Under the pieces are notes generated by a model. The model worked only from the letters and a program-made list of their open reading frames with translations, did no database searches and was not told the origin of the DNA. A DNA stretch of 64,000 nt from the human T2T-CHM13v2.0 reference genome, Homo sapiens, in NCBI RefSeq assembly GCF_009914755.1, contig NC_060931.1; one strand, written 5' to 3'. Positions 26,175-40,600 of this stretch are shown piece by piece; position 1 is the stretch's first letter; each line of letters opens with the position of its first letter. A program made the translations under genes and the position numbers.

Positions 26175-27195
26175 GTGATGTGTGCCTTCAACTCACAGAG
26201 TTCAACCTTTCTTTTCTTAGAGCAGTTTAGAAACACTCTGCTTGTTATGTCTGCAAGTGGATATTTGGACCTCTTTGAGGCCTTCGTTGCAAACGGGGTT
26301 TCTTCCTTTCATGCTAGACTAAGAAGAGTTCTCAGTAACTTTTTTGTGTTGTGTGTATTCAACTCACAGAGTTGAACCTTGCTTTAGAGAGAGCAGATTT
26401 GAAACACTCTTGCTGTGGCATTTTCAGGTGGAGATTTCAAGCGATTTGAGGACAATGCAGAAAAGGAAATATCTTCGTATAATAACCAGACAGAATCATT
26501 CTCAGAAAGTGCTTTGTGATGTGTGCGTTCAACTCACAGAGTTTAACCTTTCTTTTCATAGAGGAGTTTGGAAACACACTGTTTGTAAAGTCTGCAAGTG
26601 GATACATGGACCTGTTTGAGGCCTTCGTTGGAAACGGGATTTCTTCATTGAATGCTAGACGGAAGAATTCTCAGTAAATTCTTTGTGTTGTGTGCATTCA
26701 ACTCACAGAGTGGAACGTCCCTTTAGACCCAGCAGATTTGAAACACTCTTTTTGCGGAATTTGCAAGTGGAGATTTCTAGCCATTTGATGCCAACAGTAG
26801 AAAGGGAAATATCTTCAAATAAAAACCAGACAGAATCATTCTCAGAAAATTCTTTGTGATGTGTGCGTTCAACTCACATAGTTTAACCTTTCTTTTCATA
26901 GAGCAGTTTGGAAACACTCTGTTTGTAAAGTCTGCAAGTGGATATATGGACCGCATTGAGGCCTTCGTTGGAAACGGGATTTCTTCATTTCATGCTAGAC
27001 AGAAGAATTCTCAGTAACTTCTTTGTGCTGTGTGTATTCAACTCACAGAGTGGAACGTCCCTTTGCACAGAGCAGATTTGAAACACTCTTTTTGTGGAGT
27101 TTGCAAGTGGAGATTTCAAGCGATTTGATGCCAACAGTAGAAAAGGAAATATCTTCAAATAAAAACTAGACAGAATCATTCTCAGAAACTACTTT
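26175..27195 (+). repeat. 1021-bp HOR with a 1-bp deletion
   Basis: GACAATGCAG at 26451-26460 versus consensus GACAATTGCAG; ORF spacing is 1021. Confidence 0.9.
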
Positions 27196-30100
27196 GTGAT
27201 GTGTGCCTTCAACTCACAGAGTTTAACCTTTCTTTTCTTAGAGCAGTTTAGAAACACTCTGCTTGTTATGTCTGCAAGTGGATATTTGGACCTCTTTGAG
27301 GCCTTCGTTGCAAACGGGGTTTCTTCCTTTCATGCTAGACTAAGAAGAGTTCTCAGTAACTTTTTTGTGTTGTGTGTATTCAACTCACAGAGTTGAACCT
27401 TGCTTTAGAGAGAGCAGATTTGAAACACTCTTGCTGTGGCATTTTCAGGTGGAGATTTCAAGCGATTTGAGGACAATTGCAGAAAAGGAAATATCTTCGT
27501 ATAATAACCAGACAGAATCATTCTCAGAAAGTGCTTTGTGATGTGTGCGTTCAACTCACAGAGTTTAACCTTTCTTTTCATAGAGGGGTTTGGAAACACA
27601 CTGTTTGTAAAGTCTGCAAGTGGATATATGGACCTGTTTGAGGCCTTCGTTGGAAACGGGATTTCTTCATTGAATGCTAGACGGAAGAATTCTCAGTAAA
27701 TTCTTTGTGTTGTGTGCATTCAACTCACAGAGTGGAACGTCCCTTTAGACAGAGCAGATTTGAAACACTCTTTTTGCGGAATTTGCAAGTGGAGATTTCT
27801 AGCCATTTGATGCCAACAGTAGAAAGGGAAATATCTTCAAATAAAAACCAGACAGAATCATTCTCAGAAAATTCTTTGTGATGTGTGCGTTCAACTCACA
27901 TAGTTTAACCTTTCTTTTCATAGAGCAGTTTGGAAACACTCTGTTTGTAAAGTCTGCAAGTGGATATATGGACCGCATTGAGGCCTTCGTTGGAAACGGG
28001 ATTTCTTCATTTCATGCTAGACAGAAGAATTCTCAGTAACTTCTTTGTGCTGTGTGTATTCAACTCACAGAGTGGAACGTCCCTTTGCACAGAGCAGATT
28101 TGAAACACTCTTTTTGTGGAGTTTGCAAGTGGAGATTTCAAGCGATTTGATGCCAACAGTAGAAAAGGAAATATCTTCAAATAAAAACTAGACAGAATCA
28201 TTCTCAGAAACTACTTTGTGATGTGTGCCTTCAACTCACAGAGTTCAACCTTTCTTTTCTTAGAGCAGTTTAGAAACACTCTGCTTGTTATGTCTGCAAG
28301 TGGATATTTGGACCTCTTTGAGGCCTTCGTTGCAAACGGGGTTTCTTCCTTTCATGCTAGACTAAGAAGAGTTCTCAGTAACTTTTTTGTGTTGTGTGTA
28401 TTCAACTCACAGAGTTGAACCTTGCTTTAGAGAGAGCAGATTTGAAACACTCTTGCTGTGGCATTTTCAGGTGGAGATTTCAAGCGATTTGAGGACAATT
28501 GCAGAAAAGGAAATATCTTCGTATAATAACCAGACAGAATCATTCTCAGAAAGTGCTTTGTGATGTGTGCGTTCAACTCACAGAGTTTAACCTTTCTTTT
28601 CATAGAGGAGTTTGGAAACACACTGTTTGTAAAGTCTGCAAGTGGATACATGGACCTGTTTGAGGCCTTCGTTGGAAACGGGATTTCTTCATTGAATGCT
28701 AGACGGAAGAATTCTCAGTAAATTCTTTGTGTTGTGTGCATTCAACTCACAGAGTGGAACGTCCCTTTAGACAGAGCAGATTTGAAACACTCTTTTTGCG
28801 GAATTTGCAAGTGGAGATTTCTAGCCATTTGATGCCAACAGTAGAAAGGGAAATATCTTCAAATAAAAACCAGACAGAATCATTCTCAGCAAATTCTTTG
28901 TGATGTGTGCGTTCAACTCACATAGTTTAACCTTTCTTTTCATAGAGCAGTTTGGAAACACTCTGTTTGTAAAGTCTGCAAGTGGATATATGGACCGCAT
29001 TGAGGCCTTCGTTGGAAACGGGATTTCTTCATTTCATGCTAGACAGAAGAATTCTCAGTAACTTCTTTGTGCTGTGTGTATTCAACTCACAGAGTGGAAC
29101 GTCCCTTTGCACAGAGCAGATTTGAAACACTCTTTTTGTGGAGTTTGCAAGTGGAGATTTCAAGCGATTTGATGCCAACAGTAGAAAAGGAAATATCTTC
29201 AAATAAAAACTAGACAGAATCATTCTCAGAAACTACTTTGTGATGTGTGCCTTCAACTCACAGAGTTCAACCTTTCTTTTCTTAGAGCAGTTTAGAAACA
29301 CTCTGCTTGTTATGTCTGCAAGTGGATATTTGGACCTCTTTGAGGCCTTCGTTGCAAACGGGGTTTCTTCCTTTCATGCTAGACTAAGAAGAGTTCTCAG
29401 TAACTTTTTTGTGTTGTGTGTATTCAACTCACAGAGTTGAACCTTGCTTTAGAGAGAGCAGATTTGAAACACTCTTGCTGTGGCATTTTCAGGTGGAGAT
29501 TTCAAGCGATTTGAGGACAATTGCAGAAAAGGAAATATCTTCGTATAATAGCCAGACAGAATCATTCTCAGAAAGTGCTTTGTGATGTGTGCGTTCAACT
29601 CACAGAGTTTAACCTTTCTTTTCATAGAGGAGTTTGGAAACACACTGTTTGTAAAGTCTGCAAGTGGATACATGGACCTGTTTGAGGCCTTCGTTGGAAA
29701 CGGGATTTCTTCATTGAATGCTAGACGGAAGAATTCTCAGTAAATTCTTTGTGTTGTGTGCATTCAACTCACAGAGTGGAACGTCCCTTTAGACAGAGCA
29801 GATTTGAAACACTCTTTTTGCGGAATTTGCAAGTGGAGATTTCTAGCCATTTGATGCCAACAGTAGAAAGGGAAATATCTTCAAATAAAAACCAGACAGA
29901 ATCATTCTCAGAAAATTCTTTGTGATGTGTGCGTTCAACTCACATAGTTTAACCTTTCTTTTCATAGAGCAGTTTGGAAACACTCTGTTTGTAAAGTCTG
30001 CAAGTGGATATATGGACCGCATTGAGGCCTTCGTTGGAAACGGGATTTCTTCATTTCATGCTAGACAGAAGAATTCTCAGTAACTTCTTTGTGCCGTGTG

Positions 30101-30261
30101 TATTCAACTCACAGAGTGGAACGTCCCTTTGCACAGAGCAGATTTGAAACACTCTTTTTGTGGAGTTTGCAAGTGGAGATTTCAAGCGATTTGATGCCAA
30201 CAGTAGAAAAGGAAATATCTTCAAATAAAAACTAGACAGAATCATTCTCAGAAACTACTTT

Positions 30262-30943
30262 GTGATGTGTGCCTTCAACTCACAGAGTTCAACCTTTCTT
30301 TTCTTAGAGCAGTTTAGAAACACTCTGCTTGTTATGTCTGCAAGTGGATATTTGGACCTCTTTGAGGCCTTCGTTGCAAACGGGGTTTCTTCCTTTCATG
30401 CTAGACTAAGAAGAGTTCTCAGTAACTTTTTTGTGTTGTGTGTATTCAACTCACAGAGTTGAACCTTGCTTTAGAGAGAGCAGATTTGAAACACTCTTGC
30501 TGTGGCATTTTCAGGTGGAGATTTCAAGCGATTTGAGGACAATTGCAGAAAAGGAAATATCTTCGTATAATAACCAGACAGAATCATTCTCAGAAAGTGC
30601 TTTGTGATGTGTGCGTTCAACTCACAGAGTTTAACCTTTCTTTTCATAGAGGAGTTTGGAAACACACTGTTTGTAAAGTCTGCAAGTGGATACATGGACC
30701 TGTTTGAGGCCTTCGTTGGAAACGGGATTTCTTCATTGAATGCTAGACGGAAGAATTCTCAGTAAATTCTTTGTGTTGTGTGCATTCAACTCACAGAGTG
30801 GAACGTCCCTTTAGACAGAGCAGATTTGAAACACTCTTTTTGCGGAATTTGCAAGTGGAGATTTCTAGCCATTTGATGCCAACAGTAGAAAGGGAAATAT
30901 CTTCAAATAAAAACTAGACAGAATCATTCTCAGAAAATTCTTT
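30262..30943 (+). repeat. 4-mer HOR variant (682 bp)
   Basis: ORF spacing 30262 to 30944; junction at 30892-30955 is identical to the one at 25101-25164. Confidence 0.93.
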
Positions 30944-33900
30944 GTGATGTGTGCCTTCAACTCACAGAGTTTAACCTTTCTTTTCTTAGAGCAGTTTAGA
31001 AACACTCTGCTTGTTATGTCTGCAAGTGGATATTTGGTCCTCTTTGAGGCCTTCGTTGCAAACGGGGTTTCTTCCTTTCATGCTAGACTAAGAAGAGTTC
31101 TCAGTAACTTTTTTGTGTTGTGTGTATTCAACTCACAGAGTTGAACCTTGCTTTAGAGAGAGCAGATTTGAAACACTCTTGCTGTGGCATTTTCAGGTGG
31201 AGATTTCAAGCGATTTGAGGACAATTGCAGAAAAGGAAATATCTTCGTATAATAACCAGACAGAATCATTCTCAGAAAGTGCTTTGTGATGTGTGCGTTC
31301 AACTCACAGAGTTTAACCTTTCTTTTCATAGAGGAGTTTGGAAACACACTGTTTGTAAAGACTGCAAGTGGATATATGGACCTGTTTGAGGCCTTCGTTG
31401 GAAACGGGATTTCTTCATTGAATGCTAGACGAAAGAATTCTCAGTAAATTCTTTGTGTTGTGTGCATTCAACTCACAGAGTGGAACGTCCCTTTAGACAC
31501 AGCAGATTTGAAACACTCTTTTTGCGGAATTTGCAAGTGGAGATTTCTAGCCATTTGATGCCAACAGTAGAAAGGGAAATATCTTCAAATAAAAACCAGA
31601 CAGAATCATTCTCAGAAAATTCTTTGTGATGTGTGCGTTCAACTCACATAGTTTAACCTTTCTTTTCATAGAGCAGTTTGGAAACACTCTGTTTGTAAAG
31701 TCTGCAAGTGGATATATGGACCGCATTGAGGCCTTCGTTGGAAACGGGATTTCTTCATTTCATGCTAGACAGAAGAATTCTCAGTAACTTCTTTGTGCCG
31801 TGTGTATTCAACTCACAGAGTGGAACGTCCCTTTGCACAGAGCAGATTTGAAACACTCTTTTTGTGGAGTTTGCAAGTGGAGATTTCAAGCGATTTGATG
31901 CCAACAGTAGAAAAGGAAATATCTTCAAATAAAAACTAGACAGAATCATTCTCAGAAACTACTTTGTGATGTGTGCCTTCAACTCACAGAGTTCAACCTT
32001 TCTTTTCTTAGAGCAGTTTAGAAACACTCTGCTTGTTATGTCTGCAAGTGGATATTTGGACCTCTTTGAGGCCTTCGTTGCAAACGGGGTTTCTTCCTTT
32101 CATGCTAGACTAAGAAGAGTTCTCAGTAACTTTTTTGTGTTGTGTGTATTCAACTCACAGAGTTGAACCTTGCTTTAGAGAGAGCAGATTTGAAACACTC
32201 TTGCTGTGGCATTTTCAGGTGGAGATTTCAAGCGATTTGAGGACAATTGCAGAAAAGGAAATATCTTCGTATAATAACCAGACAGAATCATTCTCAGAAA
32301 GTGCTTTGTGATGTGTGCGTTCAACTCACAGAGTTTAACCTTTCTTTTCATAGAGGAGTTTGGAAACACACTGTTTGTAAAGTCTGCAAGTGGATACATG
32401 GACCTGTTTGAGGCCTTCGTTGGAAACGGGATTTCTTCATTGAATGCTAGACGGAAGAATTCTCAGTAAATTCTTTGTGTTGTGTGCATTCAACTCACAG
32501 AGTGGAACGTCCCTTTAGACAGAGCAGATTTGAAACACTCTTTTTGCGGAATTTGCAAGTGGAGATTTCTAGCCATTTGATGCCAACAGTAGAAAGGGAA
32601 ATATCTTCAAATAAAAACCAGACAGAATCATTCTCAGAAAATTCTTTGTGATGTGTGCGTTCAACTCACATAGTTTAACCTTTCTTTTCATAGAGCAGTT
32701 TGGAAACACTCTGTTTGTAAAGTCTGCAAGTGGATATATGGACCGCATTGAGGCCTTCGTTGGAAACGGGATTTCTTCATTTCATGCTAGACAGAAGAAT
32801 TCTCAGTAACTTCTTTGTGCTGTGTGTATTCAACTCACAGAGTGGAACGTCCCTTTGCACAGAGCAGATTTGAAACACTCTTTTTGTGGAGTTTGCAAGT
32901 GGAGATTTCAAGCGATTTGATGCCAACAGTAGAAAAGGAAATATCTTCAAATAAAAACTAGACAGAATCATTCTCAGAAACTACTTTGTGATGTGTGCCT
33001 TCAACTCACAGAGTTCAACCTTTCTTTTCTTAGAGCAGTTTAGAAACACTCTGCTTGTTATGTCTGCAAGTGGATATTTGGACCTCTTTGAGGCCTTCGT
33101 TGCAAACGGGGTTTCTTCCTTTCATGCTAGACTAAGAAGAGTTCTCAGTAACTTTTTTGTGTTGTGTGTATTCAACTCACAGAGTTGAACCTTGCTTTAG
33201 AGAGAGCAGATTTGAAACACTCTTGCTGTGGCATTTTCAGGTGGAGATTTCAAGCGATTTGAGGACAATTGCAGAAAAGGAAATATCTTCGTATAATAAC
33301 CAGACAGAATCATTCTCAGAAAGTGCTTTGTGATGTGTGCGTTCAACTCACAGAGTTTAACCTTTCTTTTCATAGAGGAGTTTGGAAACACACTGTTTGT
33401 AAAGTCTGCAAGTGGATACATGGACCTGTTTGAGGCCTTCGTTGGAAACGGGATTTCTTCATTGAATGCTAGACGGAAGAATTCTCAGTAAATTCTTTGT
33501 GTTGTGTGCATTCAACTCACAGAGTGGAACGTCCCTTTAGACAGAGCAGATTTGAAACACTCTTTTTGCGGAATTTGCAAGTGGAGATTTCTAGCCATTT
33601 GATGCCAACAGTAGAAAGGGAAATATCTTCAAATAAAAACCAGACAGAATCATTCTCAGAAAATTCTTTGTGATGTGTGCGTTCAACTCACATAGTTTAA
33701 CCTTTCTTTTCATAGAGCAGTTTGGAAACACTCTGTTTGTAAAGTCTGCAAGTGGATATATGGACCGCATTGAGGCCTTCGTTGGAAACGGGATTTCTTC
33801 ATTTCATGCTAGACAGAAGAATTCTCAGTAACTTCTTTGTGCCGTGTGTATTCAACTCACAGAGTGGAACGTCCCTTTGCACAGAGCAGATTTGAAACAC

Positions 33901-34009
33901 TCTTTTTGTGGAGTTTGCAAGTGGAGATTTCAAGCGATTTGATGCCAACAGTAGAAAAGGAAATATCTTCAAATAAAAACTAGACAGAATCATTCTCAGA
34001 AACTACTTT

Positions 34010-34691
34010 GTGATGTGTGCCTTCAACTCACAGAGTTCAACCTTTCTTTTCTTAGAGCAGTTTAGAAACACTCTGTTTGTTATGTCTGCAAGTGGATATT
34101 TGGACCTCTTTGAGGCCTTCGTTGCAAACGGGGTTTCTTCCTTTCATGCTAGACTAAGAAGAGTTCTCAGTAACTTTTTTGTGTTGTGTGTATTCAACTC
34201 ACAGAGTTGAACCTTGCTTTAGAGAGAGCAGATTTGAAACACTCTTGCTGTGGCATTTTCAGGTGGAGATTTCAAGCGATTTGAGGACAATTGCAGAAAA
34301 GGAAATATCTTCGTATAATAACCAGACAGAATCATTCTCAGAAAGTGCTTTGTGATGTGTGCGTTCAACTCACAGAGTTTAACCTTTCTTTTCATAGAGG
34401 AGTTTGGAAACACACTGTTTGTAAAGTCTGCAAGTGGATACATGGACCTGTTTGAGGCCTTCGTTGGAAACGGGATTTCTTCATTGAATGCTAGACGGAA
34501 GAATTCTCAGTAAATTCTTTGTGTTGTGTGCATTCAACTCACAGAGTGGAACGTCCCTTTAGACAGAGCAGATTTGAAACACTCTTTTTTCGGAATTTGC
34601 AAGTGGAGATTTCTAGCCATTTGATGCCAACAGTAGAAAGGGAAATATCTTCAAATAAAAACTAGACAGAATCATTCTCAGAAAATTCTTT
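34010..34691 (+). repeat. 4-mer HOR variant (682 bp)
   Basis: ORF spacing 34010 to 34692; junction at 34640-34703. Confidence 0.93.
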
Positions 34692-37600
34692 GTGATGTGT
34701 GCCTTCAACTCACAGAGTTTAACCTTTCTTTTCTTAGAGCAGTTTAGAAACACTCTGCTTGTTATGTCTGCAAGTGGATATTTGGACCTCTTTGAGGCCT
34801 TCGTTGCAAACGGGGTTTCTTCCTTTCATGCTAGACTAAGAAGAGTTCTCAGTAACTTTTTTGTGTTGTGTGTATTCAACTCACAGAGTTGAACCTTGCT
34901 TTAGAGAGAGCAGATTTGAAACACTCTTGCTGTGGCATTTTCAGGTGGAGATTTCAAGCGATTTGAGGACAATTGCAGAAAAGGAAATATCTTCGTATAA
35001 TAACCAGACAGAATCATTCTCAGAAAGTGCTTTGTGATGTGTGCGTTCAACTCACAGAGTTTAACCTTTCTTTTCATAGAGGAGTTTGGAAACACACTGT
35101 TTGTAAAGACTGCAAGTGGATATATGGACCTGTTTGAGGCCTTCGTTGGAAACGGGATTTCTTCATTGAATGCTAGACGGAAGAATTCTCAGTAAATTCT
35201 TTGTGTTGTGTGCATTCAACTCACAGAGTGGAACGTCCCTTTAGACAGAGCAGATTTGAAACACTCTTTTTGCGGAATTTGCAAGTGGAGATTTCTAGCC
35301 ATTTGATGCCAACAGTAGAAAGGGAAATATCTTCAAATAAAAACCAGACAGAATCATTCTCAGAAAATTCTTTGTGATGTGTGCGTTCAACTCACATAGT
35401 TTAACCTTTCTTTTCATAGAGCAGTTTGGAAACACTCTGTTTGTAAAGTCTGCAAGTGGATATATGGACCGCATTGAGGCCTTCGTTGGAAACGGGATTT
35501 CTTCATTTCATGCTAGACAGAAGAATTCTCAGTAACTTCTTTGTGCCGTGTGTATTCAACTCACAGAGTGGAACGTCCCTTTGCACAGAGCAGATTTGAA
35601 ACACTCTTTTTGTGGAGTTTGCAAGTGGAGATTTCAAGCGATTTGATGCCAACAGTAGAAAAGGAAATATCTTCAAATAAAAACTAGACAGAATCATTCT
35701 CAGAAACTACTTTGTGATGTGTGCCTTCAACTCACAGAGTTTAACCTTTCTTTTCTTAGAGCAGTTTAGAAACACTCTGCTTGTTATGTCTGCAAGTGGA
35801 TATTTGGACCTCTTTGAGGCCTTCGTTGCAAACGGGGTTTCTTCCTTTCATGCTAGACTAAGAAGAGTTCTCAGTAACTTTTTTGTGTTGTGTGTATTCA
35901 ACTCACAGAGTTGAACCTTGCTTTAGAGAGAGCAGATTTGAAACACTCTTGCTGTGGCATTTTCAGGTGGAGATTTCAAGCGATTTGAGGACAATTGCAG
36001 AAAAGGAAATATCTTCGTATAATAACCAGACAGAATCATTCTCAGAAAGTGCTTTGTGATGTGTGCGTTCAACTCACAGAGTTTAACCTTTCTTTTCATA
36101 GAGGAGTTTGGAAACACACTGTTTGTAAAGTCTGCAAGTGGATATATGGACCTGTTTGAGGCCTTCGTTGGAAACGGGATTTCTTCATTGAATGCTAGAC
36201 GGAAGAATTCTCAGTAAATTCTTTGTGTTGTGTGCATTCAACTCACAGAGTGGAACGTCCCTTTAGACAGAGCAGATTTGAAACACTCTTTTTGCGGAAT
36301 TTGCAAGTGGAGATTTCTAGCCATTTGATGCCAACAGTAGAAAGGGAAATATCTTCAAATAAAAACCAGACAGAATCATTCTCAGAAAATTCTTTGTGAT
36401 GTGTGCGTTCAACTCACATAGTTTAACCTTTCTTTTCATAGAGCAGTTTGGAAACACTCTGTTTGTAAAGTCTGCAAGTGGATATATGGACCGCATTGAG
36501 GCCTTCGTTGGAAACGGGATTTCTTCATTTCATGCTAGACAGAAGAATTCTCAGTAACTTCTTTGTGCCGTGTGTATTCAACTCACAGAGTGGAACGTCC
36601 CTTTGCACAGAGCAGATTTGAAACACTCTTTTTGTGGAGTTTGCAAGTGGAGATTTCAAGCGATTTGATGCCAACAGTAGAAAAGGAAATATCTTCAAAT
36701 AAAAACTAGACAGAATCATTCTCAGAAACTACTTTGTGATGTGTGCCTTCAACTCACAGAGTTTAACCTTTCTTTTCTTAGAGCAGTTTAGAAACACTCT
36801 GCTTGTTATGTCTGCAAGTGGATATTTGGACCTCTTTGAGGCCTTCGTTGCAAACGGGGTTTCTTCCTTTCATGCTAGACTAAGAAGAGTTCTCAGTAAC
36901 TTTTTTGTGTTGTGTGTATTCAACTCACAGAGTTGAACCTTGCTTTAGAGAGAGCAGATTTGAAACACTCTTGCTGTGGCATTTTCAGGTGGAGATTTCA
37001 AGCGATTTGAGGACAATTGCAGAAAAGGAAATATCTTCGTATAATAACCAGACAGAATCATTCTCAGAAAGTGCTTTGTGATGTGTGCGTTCAACTCACA
37101 GAGTTTAACCTTTCTTTTCATAGAGGAGTTTGGAAACACACTGTTTGTAAAGTCTGCAAGTGGATATATGGACCTGTTTGAGGCCTTCGTTGGAAACGGG
37201 ATTTCTTCATTGAATGCTAGACGGAAGAATTCTCAGTAAATTCTTTGTGTTGTGTGCATTCAACTCACAGAGTGGAACGTCCCTTTAGACAGAGCAGATT
37301 TGAAACACTCTTTTTGCGGAATTTGCAAGTGGAGATTTCTAGCCATTTGATGCCAACAGTAGAAAGGGAAATATCTTCAAATAAAAACCAGACAGAATCA
37401 TTCTCAGAAAATTCTTTGTGATGTGTGCGTTCAACTCACATAGTTTAACCTTTCTTTTCATAGAGCAGTTTGGAAACACTCTGTTTGTAAAGTCTGCAAG
37501 TGGATATATGGACCGCATTGAGGCCTTCGTTGGAAACGGGATTTCTTCATTTCATGCTAGACAGAAGAATTCTCAGTAACTTCTTTGTGCTGTGTGTATT

Positions 37601-40600
37601 CAACTCACAGAGTGGAACGTCCCTTTGCACAGAGCAGATTTGAAACACTCTTTTTGTGGAGTTTGCAAGTGGAGATTTCAAGCGATTTGATGCCAACAGT
37701 AGAAAAGGAAATATCTTCAAATAAAAACTAGACAGAATCATTCTCAGAAACTACTTTGTGATGTGTGCCTTCAACTCACAGAGTTTAACCTTTCTTTTCT
37801 TAGAGCAGTTTAGAAACACTCTGCTTGTTATGTCTGCAAGTGGATATTTGGACCTCTTTGAGGCCTTCGTTGCAAACGGGGTTTCTTCCTTTCATGCTAG
37901 ACTAAGAAGAGTTCTCAGTAACTTTTTTGTGTTGTGTGTATTCAACTCACAGAGTTGAACCTTGCTTTAGAGAGAGCAGATTTGAAACACTCTTGCTGTG
38001 GCATTTTCAGGTGGAGATTTCAAGCGATTTGAGGACAATTGCAGAAAAGGAAATATCTTCGTATAATAACCAGACAGAATCATTCTCAGAAAGTGCTTTG
38101 TGATGTGTGCGTTCAACTCACAGAGTTTAACCTTTCTTTTCATAGAGGAGTTTGGAAACACACTGTTTGTAAAGTCTGCAAGTGGATATATGGACCTGTT
38201 TGAGGCCTTCGTTGGAAACGGGATTTCTTCATTGAATGCTAGACGGAAGAATTCTCAGTAAATTCTTTGTGTTGTGTGCATTCAACTCACAGAGTGGAAC
38301 GTCCCTTTAGACAGAGCAGATTTGGAACACTCTTTTTGCGGAATTTGCAAGTGGAGATTTCTAGCCATTTGATGCCAACAGTAGAAAGGGAAATATCTTC
38401 AAATAAAAACCAGACAGAATCATTCTCAGCAAATTCTTTGTGATGTGTGCGTTCAACTCACATAGTTTAACCTTTCTTTTCATAGAGCAGTTTGGAAACA
38501 CTCTGTTTGTAAAGTCTGCAAGTGGATATATGGACCGCATTGAGGCCTTCGTTGGAAACGGGATTTCTTCATTTCATGCTAGACAGAAGAATTCTCAGTA
38601 ACTTCTTTGTGCTGTGTGTATTCAACTCACAGAGTGGAACGTCCCTTTGCACAGAGCAGATTTGAAACACTCTTTTTGTGGAGTTTGCAAGTGGAGATTT
38701 CAAGCGATTTGATGCCAACAGTAGAAAAGGAAATATCTTCAAATAAAAACTAGACAGAATCATTCTCAGAAACTACTTTGTGATGTGTGCCTTCAACTCA
38801 CAGAGTTCAACCTTTCTTTTCTTAGAGCAGTTTAGAAACACTCTGCTTGTTATGTCTGCAAGTGGATATTTGGACCTCTTTGAGGCCTTCGTTGCAAACG
38901 GGGTTTCTTCCTTTCATGCTAGACTAAGAAGAGTTCTCAGTAACTTTTTTGTGTTGTGTGTATTCAACTCACAGAGTTGAACCTTGCTTTAGAGAGAGCA
39001 GATTTGAAACACTCTTGCTGTGGCATTTTCAGGTGGAGATTTCAAGCGATTTGAGGACAATTGCAGAAAAGGAAATATCTTCGTATAATAACCAGACAGA
39101 ATCATTCTCAGAAAGTGCTTTGTGATGTGTGCGTTCAACTCACAGAGTTTAACCTTTCTTTTCATAGAGGAGTTTGGAAACACACTGTTTGTAAAGTCTG
39201 CAAGTGGATACATGGACCTGTTTGAGGCCTTCGTTGGAAACGGGATTTCTTCATTGAATGCTAGACGGAAGAATTCTCAGTAAATTCTTTGTGTTGTGTG
39301 CATTCAACTCACAGAGTGGAACGTCCCTTTAGACAGAGCAGATTTGAAACACTCTTTTTGCGGAATTTGCAAGTGGAGATTTCTAGCCATTTGATGCCAA
39401 CAGTAGAAAGGGAAATATCTTCAAATAAAAACCAGACAGAATCATTCTCAGCAAATTCTTTGTGATGTGTGCGTTCAACTCACATAGTTTAACCTTTCTT
39501 TTCATAGAGCAGTTTGGAAACACTCTGTTTGTAAAGTCTGCAAGTGGATATATGGACCGCATTGAGGCCTTCGTTGGAAACGGGATTTCTTCATTTCATG
39601 CTAGACAGAAGAATTCTCAGTAACTTCTTTGTGCTGTGTGTATTCAACTCACAGAGTGGAACGTCCCTTTGCACAGAGCAGATTTGAAACACTCTTTTTG
39701 TGGAGTTTGCAAGTGGAGATTTCAAGCGATTTGATGCCAACAGTAGAAAAGGAAATATCTTCAAATAAAAACTAGACAGAATCATTCTCAGAAACTACTT
39801 TGTGATGTGTGCCTTCAACTCACAGAGTTTAACCTTTCTTTTCTTAGAGCAGTTTAGAAACACTCTGCTTGTTATGTCTGCAAGTGGATATTTGGACCTC
39901 TTTGAGGCCTTCGTTGCAAACGGGTTTTCTTCCTTTCATGCTAGACTAAGAAGAGTTCTCAGTAACTTTTTTGTGTTGTGTGTATTCAACTCACAGAGTT
40001 GAACCTTGCTTTAGAGAGAGCAGATTTGAAACACTCTTGCTGTGGCATTTTCAGCTGGAGATTTCAAGCGATTTGAGGACAATTGCAGAAAAGGAAATAT
40101 CTTCGTATAATAACCAGACAGAATCATTCTCAGAAAGTGCTTTGTGATGTGTGCGTTCAACTCACAGAGTTTAACCTTTCTTTTCATAGAGGAGTTTGGA
40201 AACACACTGTTTGTAAAGTCTGCAAGTGGATACATGGACCTGTTTGAGGCCTTCGTTGGAAACGGGATTTCTTCATTGAATGCTAGACGGAAGAATTCTC
40301 AGTAAATTCTTTGTGTTGTGTGCATTCAACTCACAGAGTGGAACGTCCCTTTAGACAGAGCAGATTTGAAACACTCTTTTTGCGGAATTTGCAAGTGGAG
40401 ATTTCTAGCCATTTGATGCCAACAGTAGAAAGGGAAATATCTTCAAATAAAAACCAGACAGAATCATTCTCAGAAAATTCTTTGTGATGTGTGCGTTCAA
40501 CTCACATAGTTTAACCTTTCTTTTCATAGAGCAGTTTGGAAACACTCTGTTTGTAAAGTCTGCAAGTGGATATATGGACCGCATTGAGGCCTTCGTTGGA

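Noticed and set aside
26344-26619. Unique 91-aa ORF
   Set aside because: It is created by the 1-bp deletion at 26456 joining two frames of satellite sequence.
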